Positions 19,597-29,328 of a stretch of 64,000 bases of DNA are shown here, piece after piece. Within the stretch, counting starts at the first letter, position 1. The number at the start of each line of letters is the position of its first letter. The DNA is from Bacteroidota bacterium. GTDB lineage: Bacteria > Bacteroidota > Bacteroidia > B-17B0 > Aurantibacillaceae. The stretch covers positions 6,861-70,860 of the forward strand of contig JACDED010000004.1 of NCBI GenBank assembly GCA_013816615.1, given 5' to 3'. The position numbers and the translations under genes are program-made. Under the pieces are notes generated by a model that saw only the letters and a list, made by a program, of their open reading frames with translations, searched no databases and was not told where the DNA came from.

Positions 19597-20472
19597 ATGG
19601 AAAAAATTCTTTTGTCTTACGTTATGACTACTTATAATAAACTTTCTTATTTGAAAGTTACACTGCCATTTTTAATTAAAAATAAAAAAAAGGATGAGGA
19701 GATCGTTATTACTGATGGTGGCTCAACAGACGGAACCGCTGAGTATTTAAGTGAGTTGTATAAAGAAGGCCATATCGATCAGTTTATTTCTGAAAAAGAT
19801 TTTGGTGAAGCCCACGGAACCAATAAAGCTATTTTAATGGCAAAAGGAGAGATAGTTAAAGTAATAACGGATGATGACATTTTTCATTACCCAACAATTA
19901 CCACCTGTAAACAATTTATGCTCGATAACACGCATATTGATATTTTAGGTTTTGATGGTTTTGGCTTTAACATCAACCATTCTACTTATTCATACTTAAA
20001 AATTGAATATGTAAAAGGTTTTAAAAAATGGTTAATAGATAAAACGCCTTTTTTGTTTTGTGGTCTTGGCTTTATGCTTAGAAAGACTTCGCTGGAGCAC
20101 CTTGGTCTTTTTAATACTAATTTTAAAATAGTAGATTTTGAATATTCAATACGTGTATCATCTATGAATGCCAAAATTGCTTTTTATACTGGCATGGGTT
20201 TTATTAATATTGTAAATCCTCAAAGTAACTCACATAAATTTTACGAAATAATTGACCGTGAAAGAAAAATGCTTGCGAAAATATATCCATCCTTTAGAAA
20301 ATCCATAAGCTACAAAGGCAGTATACTAAAATTAAAAGAAATAGTTGCCAGATCTATTTTAAAAAGATCTGTAAGCGATACCAGCGAGTTCGATTACCTT
20401 GATATTGCATCAGAAAGCATAAAAAAATTAGATGACTATAATTCAACCAATAAATTTGTTTTCCTGAGTTAA
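19597..20472 (+). CDS. family 2 glycosyltransferase
   Basis: N-terminal GT2 pattern SYVMTTYNKLSYL...VITDGGSTDGT...ITDDD. I use ATG 19597; the track start is GTG 19591. Confidence 0.8.
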   Translation: MEKILLSYVMTTYNKLSYLKVTLPFLIKNKKKDEEIVITDGGSTDGTAEYLSELYKEGHIDQFISEKDFGEAHGTNKAILMAKGEIVKVITDDDIFHYPTITTCKQFMLDNTHIDILGFDGFGFNINHSTYSYLKIEYVKGFKKWLIDKTPFLFCGLGFMLRKTSLEHLGLFNTNFKIVDFEYSIRVSSMNAKIAFYTGMGFINIVNPQSNSHKFYEIIDRERKMLAKIYPSFRKSISYKGSILKLKEIVARSILKRSVSDTSEFDYLDIASESIKKLDDYNSTNKFVFLS

Positions 20473-21587
20473 TGAATATTCTTTTTTATACTCCTTTTAA
20501 TTTAAGATCCAGAGACACCGAATCGCTGATGGAAGCTTTTATTAAACAAGGACATAATGTTATATTACTTACACAAGCAGAAGAAGGAGTTTATCATGAA
20601 AACTGCAGAAAAATAAATGTTAATGTTAATACGCATGTTATAAAAAAGAAAAACAGTATTATCTATTTTTTAAAGCATACTTTATACCTCATTAAATTTT
20701 GCAAAAAAAACAAAATAGATGTCCTTTACGCGCATCTTGAAACCGCAGGCCTACCAGCCGTTTTGGCTCAGCCGTTTGTAAAAGCCAAAGTGTTTGCATG
20801 CCGACATGTAATAGACGAAGCTTACTTATTTAACAGCAAAAATTTTGTACGTTTAACACACCTGGTTTATTTTTTAGCAAAAAACATCATTGTTGTTTCA
20901 AACCGCTGTAAGCAATTTATGATCGAAGTTGAAGGCATTAAAGAAAAAAAAATAGAAGTTATTTTCCTCGCATACAATTTTAATTTATATAAAGCTCCCG
21001 ATCTTAATGTAGTAAACGAAATTAAAGCTAAATATCCCGCTGATATTTTATTGATCGTTGCCTGCAGATTAGTGGCGCCAAAGCGAACAGAACTGGCAAT
21101 TAATGTAACAAAAAAATTAATTGAAAAAGGTATCTCTGCTAAAATGATTATTCTGGGCACCGGGCCAGATTTTGAAAAAATAAAAGAATATATAGTCAGC
21201 AATGATCTTACTCAGCATATTTTTATGGAAGGCTTTAGATTAAACGTAATGGATTATTTGGCCGCCAGTGATGTATTGATCCATCCATCTCTCTCCGATT
21301 CAAGCTCAGTAATTATAAAAGAAGCCGGACTAAATAAAAAAGTAGTGCTTGCCTGCTCGGGAATTGGTGATGTTGACGACTATCTTATAAATGGCAAAAA
21401 TGCAATTCTTGTTTCTAAAGAAAATACAGAAGAAGAAATGATCGCTGCGATCGAAAATATATCTAAAGATAAAGAACAAGCAAAATTAATTGGTCAAAAT
21501 TTACATTTACAGGTTTCTGAAAGGTTTTCTATAAACACAATTCTTCCTGCATATGATAAGATACATGCTGATATTCAAAAAAATTAA
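20472..21587 (+). CDS. family 4 (GT-B) glycosyltransferase
   Basis: GT-B type with C-terminal pattern DVLIHPSLSDSSSVIIKEAGLNKKVVLAC. Its start overlaps the upstream stop. Confidence 0.82.
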   Translation: MNILFYTPFNLRSRDTESLMEAFIKQGHNVILLTQAEEGVYHENCRKINVNVNTHVIKKKNSIIYFLKHTLYLIKFCKKNKIDVLYAHLETAGLPAVLAQPFVKAKVFACRHVIDEAYLFNSKNFVRLTHLVYFLAKNIIVVSNRCKQFMIEVEGIKEKKIEVIFLAYNFNLYKAPDLNVVNEIKAKYPADILLIVACRLVAPKRTELAINVTKKLIEKGISAKMIILGTGPDFEKIKEYIVSNDLTQHIFMEGFRLNVMDYLAASDVLIHPSLSDSSSVIIKEAGLNKKVVLACSGIGDVDDYLINGKNAILVSKENTEEEMIAAIENISKDKEQAKLIGQNLHLQVSERFSINTILPAYDKIHADIQKN

Positions 21588-21590
21588 TAA

Positions 21591-22370
21591 ATGAGTACAA
21601 TAAAAAATAGTGTTTATGGCCTTATAGATCTTGTTACTTTAAACAAAGGTATTGCAAGAAAAATAAATGATTACAGTATTCGTTTCCCGGCCAAATGGTC
21701 GCGCTATTTTGAAAGTAATTACGAAAAAGAAAACGTTGAGTTTTTAACTAAAACCTGTAAAAAGGATATGACGGTTATTGATATAGGAGCCCATTTGGGA
21801 CTTATTTCTGTGATCATTGCAAAGTTGGTAGGTGAAAAAGGGCAAGTCCATTCGTTCGAGCCAACACCTGCCACCTTTACTTTATTAAAAAAAATAATCT
21901 CACTTAATAACTTTGAAAAAATAATTTATCCTCATAATAAAGCTGTTTCGAATTTTAATGGCCTGGTCGATTTTTTTGTGGACGCCAACGAAGGCAGTAA
22001 TGCTAATAGTCTCGTAGCCAGAAAAGACAAAAGCAGGGAATCTCAAAAAATAAAAGTAGATACACTTGATAACATTGTAAAGGAGCTAAAGCTGGAAAAA
22101 CTTGACCTGGTAAAGATAGATGCCGAAGGATCTGAACAGGACGTGCTTAATGGGGCAAAAGAAACAATTAAAACATTTGCGCCAATAATTATTTTAGCTA
22201 TCCATCCCGCGCTTATTAAAAACAATAACCAAAATACGGCTGATATTTTTGATATCATCCACTCGTTTAATTATACCGTTTATTATAAAGAACAAGTACT
22301 TTCCAAAGAAGCTTTTTGCAATAACTCTGATTTTTTTGATGTTCATTTAATTCCCGAAACAAAAAAATGA
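21591..22370 (+). CDS. FkbM family methyltransferase
   Basis: SAM-binding motif VIDIGAHLGLIS, ...HSFEPTP..., and the KIDAEGSE motif typical of FkbM-type enzymes. Confidence 0.85.
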   Translation: MSTIKNSVYGLIDLVTLNKGIARKINDYSIRFPAKWSRYFESNYEKENVEFLTKTCKKDMTVIDIGAHLGLISVIIAKLVGEKGQVHSFEPTPATFTLLKKIISLNNFEKIIYPHNKAVSNFNGLVDFFVDANEGSNANSLVARKDKSRESQKIKVDTLDNIVKELKLEKLDLVKIDAEGSEQDVLNGAKETIKTFAPIIILAIHPALIKNNNQNTADIFDIIHSFNYTVYYKEQVLSKEAFCNNSDFFDVHLIPETKK

Positions 22371-23257
22371 GTTTGTTTTTTTCCGTCATAATTCCAACAT
22401 ATAACAGGGCACATCTCCTTAAAAAAACAATTGATACAGTATTGGATCAATCATATGAGAATTTTGAATTGATAGTTGTAGATGATGGAAGCAGTGATAA
22501 TACAGAAGAGGTAGTAACTAATATCATAAAAGAAAAAGGGAATAAAGTAACCTACGTTAAACAAAAGAACAGTGAAAGAGCCGTAGCCAGGAACAATGGC
22601 TTAAAAAAAGCAGTTGGTGATTATGTTCTTTTTTTTGATTCGGATGATACACTTTACGCATACCATCTTGAAACCGCAAATAAATATATTACCGAAAATA
22701 ATTCGCCGGAATTTATTCATTTAAGATATGATATAAAGAATGGTGATGGTAAAATAATGAAAGAGGGGCCTATATATAACTCTCTACCAAACAAAGATAT
22801 GATATTTGGAAATTTTTTGAGTTGTAATGGCGTTTTTCTGCGAAAAGATATTGCGTTAAAAAATCAATTCAATGAAGACAGAGAACTTTCTGCTATGGAA
22901 GATTGGGAACTTTGGTTAAGACTTTGCGCTAAATATCCAATACATTATGTAAATACCATTACCTCAAGCATCATTGACCATGAAGAACGAAGTGTAGTTG
23001 TTACAAAAAAAGATGCGTTAATAAACAGGGGCGAAGCCATAATAAAATATATAACCGCTAATCTATCTGTTGTGAATTATTATAAAAAAGATATTTCAAA
23101 ATTTAAATCCAGCTGTCATTCATATATCGCTTTACATTTATCTTTAACAGGTAAATTTAAAAAAGAAACAATTAAGTATTTGGCTTATAGTGTTTATGAA
23201 TCTCCTGCTACATTATTTCATAGAAGGTTTTATGCAATTATAAAACACCTGTTTTGA
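22367..23257 (+). CDS. family 2 glycosyltransferase
   Basis: FSVIIPTYNRAHLL...VVDDGSSDNT...FFDSDD. Confidence 0.88.
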   Translation: MSLFFSVIIPTYNRAHLLKKTIDTVLDQSYENFELIVVDDGSSDNTEEVVTNIIKEKGNKVTYVKQKNSERAVARNNGLKKAVGDYVLFFDSDDTLYAYHLETANKYITENNSPEFIHLRYDIKNGDGKIMKEGPIYNSLPNKDMIFGNFLSCNGVFLRKDIALKNQFNEDRELSAMEDWELWLRLCAKYPIHYVNTITSSIIDHEERSVVVTKKDALINRGEAIIKYITANLSVVNYYKKDISKFKSSCHSYIALHLSLTGKFKKETIKYLAYSVYESPATLFHRRFYAIIKHLF

Positions 23258-24441
23258 GCACTACCAGGAATATATTAGTAATTACGTATTGGAGTTTTTC
23301 TGATGCTCTTATTCAAACCTATACCCTACCCTATCTTAAAATAATTTCAAAACTCTTACCCGCTAATGGTAAAATATATTTGGTAACGCTTGAAAAAGAA
23401 AACCATGGTAAGCAATTAGAAATCGAACCAGGCCTTATAAATATACGTTACAAGTATTCTGCATTTGGCTTATCAGCATCACTTTCATGGATGAAAAATA
23501 TTTTTTTATTAAAAAAAATAATACGCAAAAACTCTATTGATACTATCCATACCTTTTGTACTCCTGCGGGCATGATTGGATACATACTTTCGATATTAAC
23601 GTCAAAACCACTTATACTTGATAGCTATGAACCGCATGCAGAAGCAATGGTAGAGAATGGAGAATGGCAAAAAGACAGCATCTCATTTAAGCTGTTATTT
23701 GGTTTCGAAAAAAAACAAAGTGCTCATGCCAAAAAAATAATAGGCACAACAAAACAAATGAAGGAGTACGCACTGAAAAAATACGGTATAACATTAAACG
23801 ATTTTTTCGTTAAGCCTGCTTGTGTTGATCTCGAAAAATTTAACCTTTCCTTTAAAAAAGATCCCTCACTTGTTAGCGAATTAAATCTGCAAAATAAGAT
23901 AGTATGTGTATACGCTGGTAAATTTGGTGGTATTTATTTAAAGGAAGAAGTTTTTGAATTTTACAAAGCCTGTTACCAATTCTGGAAGGATGATTTTGTT
24001 GCACTTTTATTAACGAACCATCCACTGGAAGAGATCAACGCTTTACTATTACAATACGGTCTGCCAAAAAAAAACTGTAGAATACTTTTTGTACCGCACG
24101 CACAGGTAAATAAATATATTGGCTTGGGCGATTTTGCAATTACCCCCGTAAAGCCGGTTCCTACTAAAAAATATTGCACACCCATAAAAGATGGTGAATA
24201 CTGGGCCATGGGCTTACCCGTTGTTATTCCTGCTAATATTTCAACAGATAGCGAAATTATTGAAAAAAACAATATTGGTTACGTTTTAAAAGAATTAACG
24301 TATCCTGAATATGAAATTGCCGTTAAAAAAATAGATGCACTTCTTAAAGACAAAATGCTTTCAGAAAAAATAAGAAAGATAGCCGAAGAGGAACGCAATT
24401 TTTCTATTGCAAAAGCCGTTTACACAATTATTTATTCTTGA
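23254..24441 (+). CDS. putative GT-B glycosyltransferase
   Basis: 395-aa ORF with a GT-B-like C-terminal half (VCVYAGKFGG..., EYWAMGLPVVIP). TTG start overlapping the upstream stop. Confidence 0.6.
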   Translation: MSTTRNILVITYWSFSDALIQTYTLPYLKIISKLLPANGKIYLVTLEKENHGKQLEIEPGLINIRYKYSAFGLSASLSWMKNIFLLKKIIRKNSIDTIHTFCTPAGMIGYILSILTSKPLILDSYEPHAEAMVENGEWQKDSISFKLLFGFEKKQSAHAKKIIGTTKQMKEYALKKYGITLNDFFVKPACVDLEKFNLSFKKDPSLVSELNLQNKIVCVYAGKFGGIYLKEEVFEFYKACYQFWKDDFVALLLTNHPLEEINALLLQYGLPKKNCRILFVPHAQVNKYIGLGDFAITPVKPVPTKKYCTPIKDGEYWAMGLPVVIPANISTDSEIIEKNNIGYVLKELTYPEYEIAVKKIDALLKDKMLSEKIRKIAEEERNFSIAKAVYTIIYS

Positions 24442-25780
24442 AACTTGCCTTATTGATCGAATACAATATAAACAGCGAGCACATATAAAAAGGGATACAC
24501 GGAATTTTTAATCTCACCAATGCGCCATAGTTAGCAGTTGTTAATCCTACTGAAAAAGCGAAAAATAAAGCGAACAAAAAAGAAAAGATCAGCAATGGAT
24601 GTCCGAACAACGATCGGATAAGCGTTGTAATTTTTACCTTATATACAATGTATAAAGAGAAGCCAAGCATAAACAAATTTTCAAGCCCCGAAATAAGCAT
24701 TACCGGATTTCGCGCGTCCCAGATATAGGGCCTGAAAAGAGCCATATTAATAGCCGCCGGAATTTTAGAAGTTATACCGGCAATACTTGCATCAAACTCA
24801 CCAATATTATAGCTATTTGAACCGTATTGTGAACGAATAAGATCTTGCTGTGTTTTTACAGCTTTTGATAAAACATTATCCAGACTGTACTCTCCCAGGT
24901 ACTGACCAAAAAATTGCAGGCCTACAACAACAACAGATCCGGCAAAAAATAAAATAATAGGCAAACTTAACATTCGTAAAATAGGGCTTTTAATACTTTT
25001 TATTTTATAGAAATAATTCCAAATAAGAGATCCGGGTGCTAAAGCGAAGAAAATATAGGGTTTAATTAATAATATAAATAAAGAAGAGACCAACAATAAT
25101 GCAATATATTTAAGCTTACGTTCCTTAAGAATTAAAAGTCGGTAAAAACCATAGGTGTAAAACCCAACGGCACTAAGTGAATACGTATCCTTCAAGATAC
25201 CTGAGCCCCAGAAAAAAACAGATGGAATAAAAAATATCGCTATCGCAAATTCTTTTGAAAGTTCTTTAAAATGTGCCACAAACACCTCATACAATTTCCA
25301 TAAACCAATAAAGCTAAAACTTGAAAGTAAAATAGTGGTTGCAACAAAGCTTTTGCAAGCCAGTAAACAAAATGGTAAAGTAAGTGAAACTGTAAAAAAA
25401 GCATAGGTATCACCTAAATTAAAAAACACACTTCCGTATTGACCACTTCTAATGATCTCACGGACCTCATCCATTGAGGATAAAGAAAACAGGCTAAAAA
25501 ATTTAGAAAATTCGCCATTCAATAAAACATTAATAAATGTGCAGGATGTGTAATAGTAATTCGTTACATCACCCCCATCAACATAATAATATGTATATAT
25601 AAGGCATAAAGAAATTCCCCCGACCATCTTGCAAGCCAAAGCAGGTAAAAAATACCGGTAATGGGCTTTTTTTTTGACGTTATAATTTAAGCGCTGATAA
25701 TATGAAGCAATAATAAAAACCGCAATTATATAAAAAGGGCTTAAAAGCAGATCAAATATATCAATTGGTGAAGTTTCCAT
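24428..25780 (-). CDS. polytopic membrane protein, possible polysaccharide polymerase/EpsG-like
   Basis: 450-aa ORF that is almost entirely hydrophobic helices, positioned at the edge of the glycan locus. The function is inferred from context only. Confidence 0.55.
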   Translation of the reverse strand: METSPIDIFDLLLSPFYIIAVFIIASYYQRLNYNVKKKAHYRYFLPALACKMVGGISLCLIYTYYYVDGGDVTNYYYTSCTFINVLLNGEFSKFFSLFSLSSMDEVREIIRSGQYGSVFFNLGDTYAFFTVSLTLPFCLLACKSFVATTILLSSFSFIGLWKLYEVFVAHFKELSKEFAIAIFFIPSVFFWGSGILKDTYSLSAVGFYTYGFYRLLILKERKLKYIALLLVSSLFILLIKPYIFFALAPGSLIWNYFYKIKSIKSPILRMLSLPIILFFAGSVVVVGLQFFGQYLGEYSLDNVLSKAVKTQQDLIRSQYGSNSYNIGEFDASIAGITSKIPAAINMALFRPYIWDARNPVMLISGLENLFMLGFSLYIVYKVKITTLIRSLFGHPLLIFSFLFALFFAFSVGLTTANYGALVRLKIPCIPFYMCSLFILYSINKASFKNK

Positions 25781-25804
25781 TTAACAATATAAATATAGCA
25801 ATTT

Positions 25805-26037
25805 TTAATTCGGAACTTCGCTCCAGTAAAGATCGTTAAAGGGAAAAATAGTATAATGTTTTTTTAGCAGAACCAGGATCTCTTCAAATACTTTAGGATG
25901 GATGCCAGGCCAGATCTGGTCATACTCAGGTATGATCTTATGAAATACCAAAACCGGAACTCTACCTTTTTTTCTATTGCATGAAATCAGACGATCACCA
26001 AGCCCTAATTTATAGAGAAACGTAAAAAATAGTTCCT
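25805..26037 (-). pseudogene. possible remnant of a polysaccharide-deacetylase-like gene
   Basis: An open frame with no canonical start reads ...LGDRLISCNRKKGRVPVLVFHKIIPEYDQIWPGIHPKVFEEILVLLKKHYTIFPFNDLYWSEVPN* and resembles the N-terminal part of NodB-type deacetylases. It ends prematurely. Confidence 0.3.
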
Positions 26038-26118
26038 TAGGTCAATAATTATTAAAAATAGACTATTAAACACTTATCCCAAATTTTATTTATCTTTAAC
26101 CATCAAAAAAAAGAAATT

Positions 26119-27150
26119 TTGAAAGAAACTACGCAAACTATTATCGTTACCGGTGGCGCCGGCTATATTGGCTCTCATACGATCATTGAATTACTTACAA
26201 CTACCGACTTTAATGTTGTTTCCATAGACAACTTCTCAAATTCAACACCTGCTTCATATGACAGAATTAAAAAGATCGCCAACAGATCTTTTGAAAGTTT
26301 AAATTTTGATCTATGCAATGAAGCAGAATTAAACGGGCAATTATCAAATATCAAAAACATTGCAGGTATTATTCATTTTGCGGCATACAAATCAGTTCCC
26401 GAAAGTATGACCAATCCATTACTTTATTATCACAACAATTTAACCTCTTTAAATAATCTTTTAAAGTTTGCCTTAAAACAAAATATTAAAAATTTTATTT
26501 TTTCTTCATCGTGTTCGGTATATGGCAATGCAGATAAATTACCTGTGACAGAAGAAACTGAATTAAAGAAAGCAGAAAGCCCTTACGGACACACCAAACA
26601 AATTGGTGAAGATATTATACGTTTTGTTTGTAGATCGGAACTTAATACCGTTATATTACGTTATTTTAATCCTGTTGGCGCGCATACAAGCGGGCAAATA
26701 GGTGAATTTCCATTAAATCGTCCCAATAATCTTGTGCCTATTATTACACAAGCCGCAGTTGGCAAAAATTCACTAACTGTTTTTGGAGATAAATTTGATA
26801 CCCGTGATGGCTCTTGCATAAGAGATTATATTCATGTAAGTGATATCGCAAATGCCCATGTAAAGGCTTTAAATTATTTAATTGATAAAAAAAATAAAAG
26901 TAATACACCCGTTTTTAATTTAGGAACCGGCGATGGCGTAAGTGTTTTGGAAGCAATTAAGTCTTTTGAAAAAGTAAGCGGCAAAAAATTAAATTATACT
27001 ATTGGTCCACCTCGCGAAGGCGATGTTGTAGCTGTTTATGCGGATAATACTTTAGCAAGAAATGAATTGAGCTGGCAACCAAAATTTGGTTTGGATGATA
27101 TGATGGCCAGCGCCTGGAAATGGCAGCAAACGCTGGAAGCGGGAAATTAG
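26119..27150 (+). CDS. galE: UDP-glucose 4-epimerase
   Basis: VTGGAGYIGSH Rossmann motif, SSSCSVYG, catalytic YGHTK, RYFNPVGAH, and the typical GalE length. Confidence 0.9.
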   Translation: MKETTQTIIVTGGAGYIGSHTIIELLTTTDFNVVSIDNFSNSTPASYDRIKKIANRSFESLNFDLCNEAELNGQLSNIKNIAGIIHFAAYKSVPESMTNPLLYYHNNLTSLNNLLKFALKQNIKNFIFSSSCSVYGNADKLPVTEETELKKAESPYGHTKQIGEDIIRFVCRSELNTVILRYFNPVGAHTSGQIGEFPLNRPNNLVPIITQAAVGKNSLTVFGDKFDTRDGSCIRDYIHVSDIANAHVKALNYLIDKKNKSNTPVFNLGTGDGVSVLEAIKSFEKVSGKKLNYTIGPPREGDVVAVYADNTLARNELSWQPKFGLDDMMASAWKWQQTLEAGN

Positions 27151-27395
27151 TACTTAGCAATAGAACACCGGCGGCTCAGATCAAGCTGATAGTCACAGAT
27201 AAATAAGATCTAAATACAATTTCTATTCGTAAAAAGCTGAACATTTATATTGATCGTACTATTTTCATACCTGTTATACAGGTTTAACGAATTTCCTTTG
27301 AAATGCGACAAATTTTCATCCAAACATAACACATGGTCATTTCCCTCTTACTATGTGGTAATCGTACTTAAATTTGAAAAAAAAATATCGCATAC

Positions 27396-28514
27396 ATGAA
27401 AAACATCCTTCTAAGTTTAGTATTGATAACTAATGCTTGCTTTTCTCAAAACCCAAAATCCTTTCAAGATCTAAATACTGCCAAATGGGGCATTAAATCT
27501 TCAAGTGGCACTATTTTAGTTGAACCAAAATATGAAGACATCAGGAGTTATGCTGGCGGCTTAGCTATTGTAAAGCTTAATTCAAAGTATGGTGCAATAG
27601 ATATAACCGGTAAAGAAATTGTTGTGCCTAAGTATGAGGATATGAATAACTTTCAAAATGGTGTTTGTGTAGTTAAAGAAAACGGTAAAAAAGGCTTAAT
27701 TGACAAAACCGGGAAAGCACTGATCGAAACAAAGTATGATCACCTTATCCCAGCGCTGGATAATTTATACTTTGTAAAAATAGATAAAAAACACGGTGTA
27801 ATTAGTGAGCAGGGTAAAACTATTATTCCTATTGAATATACCAGTGTTGAACAAATTGAAAAAGGAATTTATATGGTTAATATAAAAACAGAGCCGGTAA
27901 ATGGTAAGTATACTTCGGAATATGGACTATTTAGTAAAACTGGTCAGGCGCTAACACAGGTAAAATATAATAGAATAGATAAAATAAATAATTGGTACCA
28001 GGTAACCGGAAGAAATGGAAAGTTAGGATATATTACTCCAGATGGCATAGAAGTGATTCCAACCGAATATGATTTTATAACTCCCTTTAATGCATATAAT
28101 TTTTCAAAAGTTGAAAAGGATAAGAAATTCGGATACGTTAACAAAATAGGGAAAGTAATGATTCCATGCATATACGAAGATATATGCAACAGCATGTACA
28201 GCAACAATTTTTCTTTGTTCGCTGCAAAATTAAATAACAAATGGGGCTTTGTTGATATAAACGGAAAAGAAATAATTCCTTTTAAATATACAGAGGTTCT
28301 ATCCGAATTTAAATCGGGCCTTACAGGGGCTAAACTAAATGAAAAATGGGGGTATATTGACATGACAGGAAAAGAAGTTATTCCATTTAAGTTTGACAGG
28401 GCAAATCCGTTTTATACCGAAAGGGCAAAAGTTGAAGTACTGGCAGCCGGTTCGGAGTTTGATTACGATGTATTTTACATCAATAAAAATGGAGAAAAAA
28501 TAGCAGATAAGTAA
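27396..28514 (+). CDS. WG-repeat-containing secreted protein
   Basis: Repeated KWG/KYG/KFG-x-I/V-D-x-x-G-K-x-I/V-I/V-P-x-x-Y-D/E modules run through the sequence (e.g. NKWGFVDINGKEIIPFKY, EKWGYIDMTGKEVIPFKF). Confidence 0.8.
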   Translation: MKNILLSLVLITNACFSQNPKSFQDLNTAKWGIKSSSGTILVEPKYEDIRSYAGGLAIVKLNSKYGAIDITGKEIVVPKYEDMNNFQNGVCVVKENGKKGLIDKTGKALIETKYDHLIPALDNLYFVKIDKKHGVISEQGKTIIPIEYTSVEQIEKGIYMVNIKTEPVNGKYTSEYGLFSKTGQALTQVKYNRIDKINNWYQVTGRNGKLGYITPDGIEVIPTEYDFITPFNAYNFSKVEKDKKFGYVNKIGKVMIPCIYEDICNSMYSNNFSLFAAKLNNKWGFVDINGKEIIPFKYTEVLSEFKSGLTGAKLNEKWGYIDMTGKEVIPFKFDRANPFYTERAKVEVLAAGSEFDYDVFYINKNGEKIADK

Positions 28515-29209
28515 TGAAATTTCTATTCAGAAAATACTTATTATTAATAGCAATATTAATTGTGACAAATAACTATGGTCAATTATTAAGAGGGCTTGAC
28601 AAAAAAATAATTGATAAGGCTAATTTTAACAAGGCTCAAAAAAATGTAAAGGAAAACGAAAATCGCTTTTTCTACAAAAAAAGTAACAGTGTTTATATAT
28701 TCGGCGGAACTGATATTGATCTGGATGCCGATAATAAAAGTTATATGGATATTTCATTATCAAACAATAAAGACACTTTAAAGGCGAGCGTTTTCACCTA
28801 CCAGGTTTCATCAAAAAGCTATATACAAAGTCATACAATACATGGTGCTGAAGGAAATAAACGAAACGTGTATCTACATATTAAGAACGATCTGTTTGTT
28901 GCACTTGAAGACTCCGTGAAAAAGATAGATTCGCTTCTTAAAATAAATTATATACTCTATAACAAAAACGCCGGTGTTTATTTTCATGGCTTTTTTTATA
29001 GATTAGAGAGAGAACGCCTGAATTCTACAAATGATCAATACATTATTGTATCGGGAGGTGAAGTTTCTGTTCTGAATGTTTCAACTACTTATGGCGAAAA
29101 ATACTATTATGTAAATGGCTGTGGTTTATTCAAAAAAACAAAGAAGGAAGGTCTTAGTAAAGATGAACTGGAGAAAAGCAAGCATCCGAGAAAGAATTTT
29201 ACTATGTAA
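28514..29209 (+). CDS. hypothetical secreted protein
   Basis: 231-aa ORF with a hydrophobic N-terminus, start-stop coupled to the upstream gene. I recognise no family. Confidence 0.5.
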   Translation: MKFLFRKYLLLIAILIVTNNYGQLLRGLDKKIIDKANFNKAQKNVKENENRFFYKKSNSVYIFGGTDIDLDADNKSYMDISLSNNKDTLKASVFTYQVSSKSYIQSHTIHGAEGNKRNVYLHIKNDLFVALEDSVKKIDSLLKINYILYNKNAGVYFHGFFYRLERERLNSTNDQYIIVSGGEVSVLNVSTTYGEKYYYVNGCGLFKKTKKEGLSKDELEKSKHPRKNFTM

Positions 29210-29328
29210 TACCGGATACCTGAAGATTTTTTTACACTTCTAAATTTTCCGGTACATGTTTTAATGTTGCCTTTTAAGCTGTAATTATTAAAACAATTCC
29301 ATTGCAATTATTTTGTTAATTTTATGCA

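Noticed and set aside
14937-27150. Calling the glycan locus a horizontally acquired island
   Set aside because: No mobility genes or flanking direct repeats are visible. I cannot compute composition or codon-usage deviation reliably by eye.
27160-27215. Short words shared between 27160-27215 and 32015-32075 (ATAGAACAC...AGATCA) as a dispersed repeat family
   Set aside because: The matches are short and degenerate, and I cannot distinguish them from chance without a genome-wide count.
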